Positions 51,912 through 61,282 of a stretch of 64,000 bases of DNA are shown here, in pieces (positions within the stretch are counted from its first letter, which is position 1; each line of letters opens with the position of its first letter). Location of the stretch: positions 1 to 64,000 of the forward strand of contig OZ244742.1 of NCBI GenBank assembly GCA_965219415.1. The letters are read 5' to 3'. The DNA is from Candidatus Marinacidobacterales bacterium (GTDB taxonomy: Bacteria > Acidobacteriota > Vicinamibacteria > Marinacidobacterales > DATDRI01). The notes under the pieces are model-generated. The model ran no database searches and had not been told where the DNA came from. It saw only the letters and a list, made by a program, of their open reading frames with translations. The translations under genes were made by a program, and so were the position numbers.

Positions 51912-51986
51912 TGGCTGGAGCGGGAGGATTCGAACCTCCGGTGGCCTGGTTAACAGCCAGGTGCCTTACCGCTTGGCTACGCTCCA
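51912..51986 (-). tRNA. tRNA-Asn (GTT)
   Basis: TGGAGCG/CGCTCCA acceptor stem, GCC/GGC D stem, CCTGG-CTGTTAA-CCAGG anticodon arm, GGTTCGAATCC T arm and encoded CCA. Confidence 0.92.
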
Positions 51987-52008
51987 ACAGTTGGCGATTG
52001 GAAAAAAT

Positions 52009-52551
52009 TCATTCTTTCGAATCGAAGACAGCCGAATGCTGCTTTTCCACCGCCGCCCCCTTCGCCGCTACCGAAAGCTTCAGCGACAGCGTCTCGTGGG
52101 TCGGCGCGCTGCACGCGACATCCGTGCAAACTTGATAGTTGATTCTAACATCAACCGGAAGCGGGTTGCCCTCGGAGGCCTCGCTTGCTACGGAAATCGG
52201 GATTCGAATGGCAATCTTACCCTCGTACAGATCGTATTTTCCGAGGCCGGATAAGTCACGGGTGACGACCGGAGGGAAAACCGGGTCCCCGGTGGGCTCG
52301 ATCAGCTCTCCGGACACCGCCACCTCCGTCCGGCTCGGCTTCCTCTCTTCGGGACCATATAGATGATAGCCGGGGTCGATCTCAGCAAGGACGGCCACCT
52401 CGAGCTGATCGCCCGGCCGCACTGGGTCTTGCGACGCGACGAGCTCGAAGCGAATCGAGTTCTCCCAGTCGGGAACGTCGAAGTTCTGAGCGAAGACGAG
52501 CGAACCAGCGAACAGCAGCAGAGCGGCTGAGGGCACGCTGTGTTTAATCAT
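52009..52551 (-). CDS. Stand-alone DsbD N-terminal (alpha) domain protein, secreted
   Basis: Signal peptide; IDPGYHLY, YEGK and YQVCTDVACSAP (C-X4-C) motifs. Confidence 0.82.
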   Translation of the reverse strand: MIKHSVPSAALLLFAGSLVFAQNFDVPDWENSIRFELVASQDPVRPGDQLEVAVLAEIDPGYHLYGPEERKPSRTEVAVSGELIEPTGDPVFPPVVTRDLSGLGKYDLYEGKIAIRIPISVASEASEGNPLPVDVRINYQVCTDVACSAPTHETLSLKLSVAAKGAAVEKQHSAVFDSKE

Positions 52552-53086
52552 TGAGTTTGTCCAGTTCCTGTAGGATCGTATCCGGAGACGTGCGCTTCTT
52601 GTAGTCCTCCCAAACGTTCTTCAGCCGGATCAACCCCTCGGCGTCGATGACGAACGTTGCGGGGTGCGGGATCCCGGCCGCCATCGGTTTGCTCAGTGCT
52701 CCCTCGTTCAGGATCCCGTATTCCTCGATCACTCCCCTGCCATCACAAAGGATCGGGAAGGTCCAGTCGTTCGTTTCCAACCAGCTCGCGGTCTCCTCCG
52801 CGTCGTACTTGGAAATCACGAGGAGAACGGCGTTGCGGCTCTCGATTTCCGAGTACGCTTCTTGCAGCTCGCCGAGCTGCGCTTTGCAGAAGGGTCACCA
52901 AGAGCCGCTTCGGATGAACTCCACCACCACGCTCTTGCCCTTGAGATCCGACAGCTTGTAGCTTTGTCCCTTCGAGTCTTTGAGCTCGAAGTCCGGGGCG
53001 CGGTCCCCCACATCAGCCTCCATGGCGGCGAAAACGGGGCCCCCAAGGGCGAGGAAAATCGGGAGAACGAAACTTTTCATTCTCAT
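52544..53086 (-). CDS. AhpC/TSA peroxiredoxin-like selenoprotein (UxxC) with signal peptide
   Basis: ORFs 52895..53086 and 52544..52819 are in one frame, joined by TGA: GDRAPDFEL...FIRSGSW-U-PFC-KAQL...FPILCD...PATFVID. Confidence 0.85.
52858..52894 (-). promoter_or_regulatory. SECIS-like hairpin
   Basis: GCAGCUC-GGC-GAGCUGC apical stem-loop about 21 nt after the UGA, with lower stem CUUCU/AGAAG. Confidence 0.65.
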
Positions 53087-53166
53087 GAACTCACTATAGC
53101 ACGCGGGGCGCGCGCCTCAGCGTGTGTTGCAAGGAGGAAACGACTAGACTTCTGAGATCGGACCCC

Positions 53167-53494
53167 TCACGGGAGGGTGCAACAGTCCAAGGATACTACC
53201 GTCGGAGATCGAAACGTCGCTGGGTGTGGGGCTGGATTGTGCTCTTCTTCCCACGCGTCGTAGGCAGTTTGGAGATCGTGCACGACTTTGGAATCGTCGA
53301 GCCCGAGCTTCCGCGCGTATTGCCTGGCGAAACTCTTGAAGTAGAACTTCCTCGGAAATCTGTCGAAGTTGCTCTTCTTCGATCCCGGCAAGATACCAGG
53401 TCGTGATCCTGGTTTCTTCCGAAATCCGACGAAGCTTGAGGTTTTGGCACTCGCGCACGTCCTTGAGGGACTTGCCTCGGTACCGGTGGGCCAT
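53167..53494 (-). CDS. RodZ-like helix-turn-helix protein (one frameshift)
   Basis: G..LK.VRE...ISEETRI...YL.GIEE.NFD.FP..Y.KSFARQYARKLGLD. Confidence 0.72.
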
Positions 53495-53712
53495 GATTGG
53501 CCTCCCCTCCCCTTCTCCCTCCCAGGTGGGCTAAGGTGGGAGCTTTCGATGAGGTGATTCGGCTATAGGTCGTTTCGGCGCGACGAGCAGGAGCGGGAGT
53601 TTTTTTGGAACGCTACGGTCGCGGTCGGCTCAGCCTGGAGAAGGTAACAAACAGGGTGTCCCCTGTCAAGATGTGAGTGATGAAAAACTGTGGAAATACG
53701 TACTGAAGGATT

Positions 53713-54546
53713 TCAGGAGGTCTCGAGCTCGTTCAGAATCCGTCGCAGCACTCGAATGACCTCGTGCTTCTCCACCCTCGCCTTGCGGAAGGTCAGAGTC
53801 AAGCGGAATGGGCTCCCCTTTGGACCATACTTGAAGACGAAGTTCGTGGGACGGCCACGGGCGGGCGCGCGGGAGACTTTCCTAGCCTGATCGCGACTCA
53901 AACCTTCGCGGGAGACGCGCTCTATCAACTCCATCATTTTCTCTGGGCTGTCTTGCCTAACTATCTGCAATAACAATGACTTAGAGCTGATGTCGGCGAG
54001 CCGACATCGATTCTTTATCTCGTCGGGCATGGTGTTGAGGCTCAACATCTCGGTAACGCTAGTCCTCGATTTTCCCAGCCGGCTGGCGAGTGCCTCGTGG
54101 GTGTACTCGTAGTTGGAGACCAGGTGCCCGATCGCCTCGGCTTCTTCGAAGGGGGTTAGGTCCTTGCGTTGAAGGTTCTCGACCAATGCCACCTCGACCG
54201 TTTCTCGATCGTCGATGTCCCTTTCCACGCACGGAAGCTCGGTAAGTCCAGCTTGGAGGGCAGCCTGGTATCGCCTCTCCCCGGAAATGATTTGAAACTG
54301 CTCCCCTAGCCTTCGCACGATCAGTGGTTGCAAGACGCCCTTCTCGCGGATCGAGGCCGTGAGCTCGCTGAGGTCACCCATCTGCTGACGAGGCTGATGC
54401 GGGTTGGGCTCGATGTAGTCGATCGACACCATGCGGCCAATGGGTATGCCCTGACGATTGCTTAGTTCCTCCACGAAGTGCAGGTTGCGATCGAAGTGGC
54501 GGAGTCGGACGGAACTGGGTAAGCCGGCTTTCCTAGACACGGGCAA
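53713..54546 (-). CDS. parB: ParB/Spo0J family partition protein
   Basis: PNPHQPR, GVLQPLIVR, ISGERRYQA, ALVENLQRKDL motifs and an HTH. Confidence 0.9.
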   Translation of the reverse strand: MPVSRKAGLPSSVRLRHFDRNLHFVEELSNRQGIPIGRMVSIDYIEPNPHQPRQQMGDLSELTASIREKGVLQPLIVRRLGEQFQIISGERRYQAALQAGLTELPCVERDIDDRETVEVALVENLQRKDLTPFEEAEAIGHLVSNYEYTHEALASRLGKSRTSVTEMLSLNTMPDEIKNRCRLADISSKSLLLQIVRQDSPEKMMELIERVSREGLSRDQARKVSRAPARGRPTNFVFKYGPKGSPFRLTLTFRKARVEKHEVIRVLRRILNELETS

Positions 54547-55294
54547 TCACCTCTTCCGAAAGGCTGTAGTATTCGAAGGCTCCGCGGGAGCGTGGCGCGA
54601 AACTGAAGATCGCTTCCTTGTGGGCCGGGCTCTCTTCCAGCCGGACGTTCTTGTTGATGACGGTCTTGAATACCTTCTCGCCAAAACTCTCCTTGATCTT
54701 CTTGCGCACATCACGCGACAGCGTCGTACGGCGGTCATGGAGGGTGATGAGGATACCGAGAAGGCGAAGGTCCGGGTTTGGCCGTGCCTTCACCTTATCC
54801 ATCGTCTCCAGCAGATCTCCCGTTCCTTCGAGAGCATAGTAGGAAGACTGGATCGGGATGAGCAGGTGCGTCGCGGCGACCAACGCGTTGACGGTGATCA
54901 GCCCCAAGGTTGGAGGGGTGTCGATGATGATGTACTTGTACCGCGCCCGGAGCATCGAGAGCCTATCCCGCAGGCGAAAGTGCCCATCCATCTCGCCGAG
55001 CAGCTTGCTCTCGAGCTTCGCCATGGAAATCTTGGCGGGGATGAGATCCAGGTTCTCAACCGGAGTTTCGTAGATGGCGTCCTTCAACTCCACCGATGCC
55101 TCCACCAACGCGTCATAGACGGAGTTCTCGGTCGCTTCCAGATCCAGCAGGGAAATGGAGGTATTGGACTGAGGGTCCATGTCGATGATGAGGGTAGGCT
55201 CCTTCTTCATGGCGAGAGCCGCAGCCAAATTGACCGCAGTCGTCGTCTTCCCTACCCCACCTTTTTGGTTTGCGATAGTTATGACGGTAGCCAA
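54533..55294 (-). CDS. parA: ParA/Soj family ATPase
   Basis: NQKGGVGKTT, DMDPQ and IIDTPP.LG motifs. Confidence 0.92.
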   Translation of the reverse strand: MATVITIANQKGGVGKTTTAVNLAAALAMKKEPTLIIDMDPQSNTSISLLDLEATENSVYDALVEASVELKDAIYETPVENLDLIPAKISMAKLESKLLGEMDGHFRLRDRLSMLRARYKYIIIDTPPTLGLITVNALVAATHLLIPIQSSYYALEGTGDLLETMDKVKARPNPDLRLLGILITLHDRRTTLSRDVRKKIKESFGEKVFKTVINKNVRLEESPAHKEAIFSFAPRSRGAFEYYSLSEEVIARV

Positions 55295-55426
55295 GCTTTC
55301 ACTCCTCTATTTTTGATTTTTGAGAGAGAAATATCGGTAAGGGGGAACCGCGCAGGTTGGACCCTGTCGTAGCGGCATCCAGCTTGTCATCACGTACATC
55401 GGGTCATTTGGCACTGAGTCAAGCAC

Positions 55427-55912
55427 TCACATCTTGTACTTCCCGAGATCATCAGGGTTGAGGCCCTCGAGCCACTTCTGAAGCTTCTCGGAGTCAGTCG
55501 CATCTTTGGTCAGATCCATACCCTTCGCACTTTCGACAACGGCCTCTTCGACGAAGATGGGCGACTTCGTACGAAGCGCGAGAGCGATGGCGTCGCTCGG
55601 GCGAGAGTCGATGGCGGTCACCTCACCGTTTCGGCTCAAGTAGATCATGGCGTAAAAGGTGTTGTCCTTGAGCTCGCAAACCACGATCTTTTGCACGTTG
55701 GCCTCGAGATCGCCCAGGACGTTCTTCAGGAGGTCGTGCGTCATCGGCCGCGGAGTTGAAATATTTTCAATCTGAAGCGCGATCGCGTTAGCCTCGAAGA
55801 TGCCGACCCAAATGGGAAGAATTCGACTACCTTCTTTGTCCTTGAGAATCACAATGGGCATGTTGGTAATGGGATCGATCATCAAGCCCTTGATGGTCAT
55901 CTCGATTTCCAT
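55427..55912 (-). CDS. Bifunctional nuclease family (DUF151)
   Basis: LPIWVG.FEA.AI, RPMTHDL and DSRPSDAIALA motifs. Confidence 0.92.
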   Translation of the reverse strand: MEIEMTIKGLMIDPITNMPIVILKDKEGSRILPIWVGIFEANAIALQIENISTPRPMTHDLLKNVLGDLEANVQKIVVCELKDNTFYAMIYLSRNGEVTAIDSRPSDAIALALRTKSPIFVEEAVVESAKGMDLTKDATDSEKLQKWLEGLNPDDLGKYKM

Positions 55913-56002
55913 TACCGGTCCTCCCGCCCAGCGATCGGTTTTTGCGTAAGCACAATATAGAGGGGTAGAGATGGAAAGTCAACCAAGTTTAGTAGGTATT
56001 GG

Positions 56003-57352
56003 CTACACCTCCTCTCCACGAAGACTGTTTGGTCCCGCCCAAGTGATGCGAACGTGGACCATTTGACCAATACGACCTACGTCTCCTGGGAAATTGACGA
56101 CGCGATTGTGCGGATTCCGTCCGGAAAGTACGTCGTCTTCCTTTTTACTGACCCCTTCGACCAAGACTTCGACCTCCCGACCGACGTACTCGAGGTTTCT
56201 TCGCTCCTGGATCCGGCGTTGCGCGTCTTGCAGCCGCGACAAGCGGCGGCTCTTGACTTCGGCCGGCACGTCATCCGGCTGCTCCTTCACCGCGGAGGTG
56301 TGAGGGCGGGGGGAATACTTGAAAGAGAAGATGCTGTCGTAGCCGACGGTCTGCATCAGCGTCATCGTATCCTCGAACTCGGCGTCGGTCTCTCCCGGAA
56401 AGCCGACGATGAGATCGGTAGACAAGGCGATGTCAGGCACGAGTCGCCGCGCCACCTCGACACGCTCTAGATATTCCTCACGGGTGTGCCCTCGTTTCAT
56501 ACGCGCCAAGACGGCGGTGGAGCCAGACTGAGCCGGCAGGTGCATGTGAGGGCAAAGCTTCCGGAGGTCACGAAAACGTTCCATCAAGGCGCGATCGAAA
56601 TCCTTCGGATGTGGGCTTGTAAACCGAATTCGGTCAATGCCTTGGACGGTATCGACGGCATCCAACAACTCCGCAAACGAACGGCCCTGGCCGGGGTCGA
56701 CATAGGAGTTAACGTTTTGCCCGAGAAGCTGAACTTCCTTCACGCCCTGCTTCGCCATCACTTCGACCTCGTCGACGATGGATTCGAGCGTTCGACACCT
56801 CTCGCGACCGCGAGTGAAGGGAACGACGCAAAAGGAACAGAAGTTGTCACAACCCTCCATGATCGTCGTAAACGCCTTCACGCCCGCCACGCGTTCTATT
56901 TGCTCTGGGGGGAAATCGAGATTCTCGGGATGCCTGCCGATCTCGACCACTCTCTCGCCATTACGAAGGACTCGCTCCAAGACCTCAGGGAGCATGACGA
57001 GGCTCTGAGTGCCCAAGACGAAATCGACATGCGGCGCGCGCGCGAAGACGGCCTCCCCTTCTTGCTGTGCGACGCAGCCGGCGACGCCGATGATCGGCCG
57101 TTTGCTCTGGCCGGACCTCTCCTTGAAACGCTTGAGCCGCCCCAGGTGGTCGAAGACTTTTTCTTCTGCCTTCTCGCGCACGCTGCAGGTGTTGAGGACG
57201 ATGATGTCGGCTTCTTCTTCGACGGGCGTTGGGAGAAAGCCGATTCGTTTGAGGCTTCCGGCAATTTTCTCCGAGTCGTGGACGTTCATCTGACATCCCC
57301 AAGTGTCGATGAAGTAGCGGCGCGAAATATCTTGTTTGGTACGTGTTTTCAC
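56003..57352 (-). CDS. miaB: tRNA-2-methylthio-N6-dimethylallyladenosine synthase
   Basis: TWGCQMNVHDSE, NTCSVREKAE, GCDNFCSFCVVP motifs and a TRAM domain. GTG start chosen at 57352. Confidence 0.95.
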   Translation of the reverse strand: MKTRTKQDISRRYFIDTWGCQMNVHDSEKIAGSLKRIGFLPTPVEEEADIIVLNTCSVREKAEEKVFDHLGRLKRFKERSGQSKRPIIGVAGCVAQQEGEAVFARAPHVDFVLGTQSLVMLPEVLERVLRNGERVVEIGRHPENLDFPPEQIERVAGVKAFTTIMEGCDNFCSFCVVPFTRGRERCRTLESIVDEVEVMAKQGVKEVQLLGQNVNSYVDPGQGRSFAELLDAVDTVQGIDRIRFTSPHPKDFDRALMERFRDLRKLCPHMHLPAQSGSTAVLARMKRGHTREEYLERVEVARRLVPDIALSTDLIVGFPGETDAEFEDTMTLMQTVGYDSIFSFKYSPRPHTSAVKEQPDDVPAEVKSRRLSRLQDAQRRIQERRNLEYVGREVEVLVEGVSKKEDDVLSGRNPHNRVVNFPGDVGRIGQMVHVRITWAGPNSLRGEEV

Positions 57353-57377
57353 CAAAAACCTCAAGTGATACTTTAAT

Positions 57378-59075
57378 TCAATTCTTTCCGGCGACCAACT
57401 GCTCCGCATGCTTGCGCGCGGTATCCGTGATAGCAGAGCCGGCGAGCATACGTGCAATTTCCTCGACGCGACCCTTCCGGTCAAGTCTTCGGACTCGGGT
57501 CACGGTCCTCCCTGCCGTCTCGGTTTTTTCAATTCGAAAATGGGCGTCGGCGAATCTCGCGATCTGGGGGAGGTGAGTAACGCAGATGACTTGATGCGAC
57601 CTCGAGAGGGCTTTGAGCTTCTCCCCCACCACGTCCGCCACCCGGCCACCGATGCCGGCATCGACTTCGTCGAAGACGAGAGTCTTCGAGTCCTCCCCTT
57701 GTGCGCCCATGGATTTGAGGGCGAGCATGAAGCGTGAGAGCTCTCCGCCCGAGGCGATCCGGGCTAGGGGACGGAGCTCTTCACCGGGGTTCGCGGAGAA
57801 GAGAAGATCCACCGTATCCAAGCCAGTATCTCGCCAGCAAGAGCGGTCCCGGGCCGCGTGCTCCGGTGCGACCACGTGAATCGAAAATCGAGCCTTCTCC
57901 ATCGCGAGTTCCCGGAGCTCCTTCACCACTTTCGTCTCGAGACTCTTTGCGCCCGAGCGGCGTCGCTTCGACAGCTCGTTCGCCGCGGTCAAGTACTTTT
58001 TGCTCGCATCCTCTTTCTTCTCCCGGACCTCGGCCAGCTCCTGGCTCGAGCCCTCCAGTTGGTCGAGATCCTTCTGGCATTGGTCCCGGTGCGCCATAAT
58101 CGTATCCAGGCTTCCCCCGTATTTTTTCTTTAGGCGTTCGAGCTCGACAAGCCGGTTCTCCACTTCATCCAATCTCCCGGGTGCAGAACGGATCTGTTCC
58201 CGATAGTCACGGAGAAAGAGCGCCAAGTCGTCCAGCTGAGACTCCACCGCCTCACGGCTTCCTAGGTGCGGCTTGAGCCGGTCGTCGATTTCCGCGAGCT
58301 CCCCCACTTGCTTCCAAACCTGGGCCAACCGCGCCACAACAGAGCCCTCGTCGTCGTAGAGGGCGCCGTAAGCCTCATCGGTCAGTTCGCGAAGCCGCTC
58401 TCCGTGGGCCAGGAGCCGGCGTTCGGCCTCCAGCTCGGCGTCCTCCCCGACCGCTGGGTTTCCTTTCTGAATCTCATCGAGTTGGAAGGCCAAGACCTCC
58501 CGGCGGGACTCGGTGTCCTCGGCTTCGTTGGTCAGCCGCGCCTCCTGCTGTTCGAGCTCCGCGAAGCGCCGATAGGCATCAAACACCTTCTGTCCCTTGC
58601 CACGGTAGTCAACCGACCGGTCGAGGAGATCGAGTCCCGACTCGGCCTTCGCCAGCGTGGCCGTCTCGCCTTGCCCGTGGATGTCTATCAAGAAGGGGGC
58701 GATGTCGCGGAGCAGGGCGGTCGCTCCGGCGGCGCCGTTGACGGCGACTCGTGTCTTTGCCCCTTTTTGACCGCTTGCGACTTCTCGACGCACGACGATC
58801 TCTTCGCCATCCACATCGATCCCGGCCTCGCCCAATCGGTGCCCCAATGGTTTTGGAACCTCCGGAAGCTCGAACCCGGCTTCAACCGAAGCCTGCTCGG
58901 CGCCGGTTCGGATCAGATCGCTCGAGGCTCGAGAGCCCAGAATGAGGCTTAGAGCGTCGATCAAAATTGTCTTGCCGGCTCCGGTTTCCCCGGTGAGCAG
59001 GTTTAGGCCTGGCTCGAACTCGACCCGGAGGTCATCGATGACGGCGATATTGCGGACATGGATCCAACCCAACAT
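57378..59075 (-). CDS. recN: DNA repair protein RecN
   Basis: LTGETGAGK, IHGQ, ASGGELSR, FDEVDAGIGG and VTHLPQ motifs. Start at MLGWIHVRNIAVID. Confidence 0.95.
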   Translation of the reverse strand: MLGWIHVRNIAVIDDLRVEFEPGLNLLTGETGAGKTILIDALSLILGSRASSDLIRTGAEQASVEAGFELPEVPKPLGHRLGEAGIDVDGEEIVVRREVASGQKGAKTRVAVNGAAGATALLRDIAPFLIDIHGQGETATLAKAESGLDLLDRSVDYRGKGQKVFDAYRRFAELEQQEARLTNEAEDTESRREVLAFQLDEIQKGNPAVGEDAELEAERRLLAHGERLRELTDEAYGALYDDEGSVVARLAQVWKQVGELAEIDDRLKPHLGSREAVESQLDDLALFLRDYREQIRSAPGRLDEVENRLVELERLKKKYGGSLDTIMAHRDQCQKDLDQLEGSSQELAEVREKKEDASKKYLTAANELSKRRRSGAKSLETKVVKELRELAMEKARFSIHVVAPEHAARDRSCWRDTGLDTVDLLFSANPGEELRPLARIASGGELSRFMLALKSMGAQGEDSKTLVFDEVDAGIGGRVADVVGEKLKALSRSHQVICVTHLPQIARFADAHFRIEKTETAGRTVTRVRRLDRKGRVEEIARMLAGSAITDTARKHAEQLVAGKN

Positions 59076-59285
59076 GAGTGCTCCGGGATGTGTGGCTTTC
59101 CGATGACAATGTACCACAGCGCTCGAGACCCGAGAAAACTGAGCCCCTCTGGATAGTAGGACGAAATTCGACCCGATCGTCCTCATTTCGGTGGAACTGC
59201 CGGCATGGAACCAAATTCTTTGACAGGCGCAAGTCCTTGTGGTAGTGTGACCTGCACACATCACTATGTAGTGGTCGGAGGCCAC

Positions 59286-60029
59286 TTGGAGACAGTTCAG
59301 GAAATCGCGGCGACACCCATTCAGAGTCCAGCAGGCCTTGACCCGTTCCAGCTCGTCGCCGATTCGGGGCCGGTTGTCATCTCCGTGCTCGTCACCCTCA
59401 TCATCTTCTCCCTCGTCTCCTGGGCCATCATCTTGAGCAAGTGGATGGTACTCCGTCGTGCCGAGGCGCACTCGGGTGCTTTCCTGGAGATCTTCCGTCG
59501 CAGCAAGAAGTTTTCGGAAGTTCATTCCGTGTGTCACCAGCTACGTTCGAGTCCCTTAGTGGGGATGTTTCTGTCGGGCTACAATGAGCTTGGCTACCAG
59601 CTGCGATCGTCGAAGGACGGCTCTCAACGCAAAAACCCGGAGTCCGAGGGTGACGGGGCGCAGATCAAGAGCCTCGATAGCATCGCACGCACGCTGGTGC
59701 GGGCATCCAATACGGAGATGGCAAAACTCGAGCGCCGACTCGGCTTTCTCGCAACCACCGGTAGCGCGACTCCGTTCATCGGCCTCTTCGGCACGGTCTG
59801 GGGAATCATGAACGCCTTCCACCAAATCGGTGCGGTGCAAGCTGCGAACATCAGCGTCGTTGCGCCGGGCGTCAGCGAAGCGCTCGTCGCCACCGCCGCC
59901 GGCCTGGCCGCCGCCATTCCCGCGGTGATCTTCTACAACTACTTCATCAATTGGGTGAAGCTTCTTTCTACGGAAATGGACGACTTCGCGCTCGAGTACC
60001 TGTCGATCATCGAAAGGAATTTCACCTAG
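59286..60029 (+). CDS. tolQ: Tol-Pal inner membrane protein TolQ
   Basis: FLATTGSATPFIGLFGTVWGIM and VAPG.SEALVATA.GL motifs. TTG start after GGAGG. Confidence 0.9.
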   Translation: METVQEIAATPIQSPAGLDPFQLVADSGPVVISVLVTLIIFSLVSWAIILSKWMVLRRAEAHSGAFLEIFRRSKKFSEVHSVCHQLRSSPLVGMFLSGYNELGYQLRSSKDGSQRKNPESEGDGAQIKSLDSIARTLVRASNTEMAKLERRLGFLATTGSATPFIGLFGTVWGIMNAFHQIGAVQAANISVVAPGVSEALVATAAGLAAAIPAVIFYNYFINWVKLLSTEMDDFALEYLSIIERNFT

Positions 60030-60032
60030 ATC

Positions 60033-60509
60033 GTGATGACCAGCGGAGGCGGCAGTGGGCAGGGTGGCTCCGCCCTCGACATCTATCTCAGCTCTCGCGC
60101 CCGCCGGGATTCCGCGCGGGTGATGTCCGATATCAACGTCACCCCTTTCGTCGACGTGGTGCTCGTTTTGCTCATCATCTTCATGATCACTGCGCCGATG
60201 TTGCTCCGAGCCATGGATGTGAGTCTTCCCGCCGCCGGTCTTCGGCAAGATCAACCGAGCGAGAGGCTCATCGTGACCATGGACAGCCAGGGGCGTACCT
60301 ATATCGATGAAAAGGCGGTCAACATTGCGTTGCTCGAGCAAAGAGTCAAGGATGCGGTTGAGCTTCGGGGGCTGCGTGTCGCCTACCTGAGGGCGGATGA
60401 AGAATTGCGCTACAAACAAATCATCGCCGTCATGGATCTAATGAAACGGGCCGGCGTGGACACCATCGGGCTCGTCTACGTCTATCCGGAGGAGAAGAAG
60501 TCGCGGTGA
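60033..60509 (+). CDS. tolR: TolR/ExbD
   Basis: INVTPFVDVVLVLLIIFMITAP and LRAD motifs. Confidence 0.88.
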   Translation: MMTSGGGSGQGGSALDIYLSSRARRDSARVMSDINVTPFVDVVLVLLIIFMITAPMLLRAMDVSLPAAGLRQDQPSERLIVTMDSQGRTYIDEKAVNIALLEQRVKDAVELRGLRVAYLRADEELRYKQIIAVMDLMKRAGVDTIGLVYVYPEEKKSR

Positions 60510-61243
60510 GTGCGGTCGGTGCCATAAGGAACGGACGAGATCCGTTCGGATCCATGTTGTGGTGGTCCGGAGTTCTGCACATCGGACTGTTCGCCCTCCT
60601 TTTGATCGCGTCCCGCTTGTCGCCACAGCCCTCCCCTTTCCCTGAAGCCATCGCTTTCGTCCAAATCGGGTCTCCGGGTCCTAGTCAGGGGATGGGTGGA
60701 AGTCCGTCGCCGGGAGAGGAAGTCGTGGCTCCGGAACCACCGAAAGAAGAGGCCCCGCGAGTGGTTCGCCCTACGAAGGAAGATCGCGAACAGCTACCGA
60801 TGCCCGATGCCAAGCCGACGCGGAGAAAGCCCAGACCGAAGAAGCCGGAGTCCGGCCTAATCGGGCGCGACGCGGCGAGCGCAGATTCCGCCAAGCTGAA
60901 GGCAGCCACGGCAACGCCGGGTCTCGGCTTGGGCGGCGCCGGAGGGTCGCCATTCGATGAGGACTTCGAGTACAGCTATTACGTGCAACAGATGTTCGGG
61001 CGAGTCTTTCAGAATTGGCAGCGTGCGCCGGTTAGGGGCACGGCGTTCACCATTATCCGCTTCACGATTCTGAACGATGGCCGCTTGCAAGACATCCAGG
61101 TCGAAAAATCGAGCGGAGTGCCCCAGCTGGATAGGGCAGCTTCGAGGGCGGTGTACTTGTCGGACCCCTTGCCACCCCTTCCGCAATCCTACCCTCGCGA
61201 CCGGGTGGGCGTGCATCTCCGATTCGAGTACTCCGACCGATAG
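60506..61243 (+). CDS. tolA: TolA/TonB-like protein
   Basis: TM segment with S..LH, Pro-rich linker and C-terminal SSG..LD.AA.RAV..PLP; position within the tol operon. Confidence 0.75.
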   Translation: MSAVGAIRNGRDPFGSMLWWSGVLHIGLFALLLIASRLSPQPSPFPEAIAFVQIGSPGPSQGMGGSPSPGEEVVAPEPPKEEAPRVVRPTKEDREQLPMPDAKPTRRKPRPKKPESGLIGRDAASADSAKLKAATATPGLGLGGAGGSPFDEDFEYSYYVQQMFGRVFQNWQRAPVRGTAFTIIRFTILNDGRLQDIQVEKSSGVPQLDRAASRAVYLSDPLPPLPQSYPRDRVGVHLRFEYSDR

Positions 61244-61282
61244 TGTGCCGATTGTGAGCTCATAAAGAGGAAGATAAGATAG

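Noticed and set aside
57378-59537. 719-aa RecN with a long N-terminal extension
   Set aside because: The extension is antisense to tolQ. RecN homology begins at 59075.
54458-60419. Long antisense ORFs (e.g. 54458..55372, 56486..57376, 58266..58952, 59556..60419)
   Set aside because: They are shadow frames of well-supported genes in GC-rich DNA and have no recognisable motifs.
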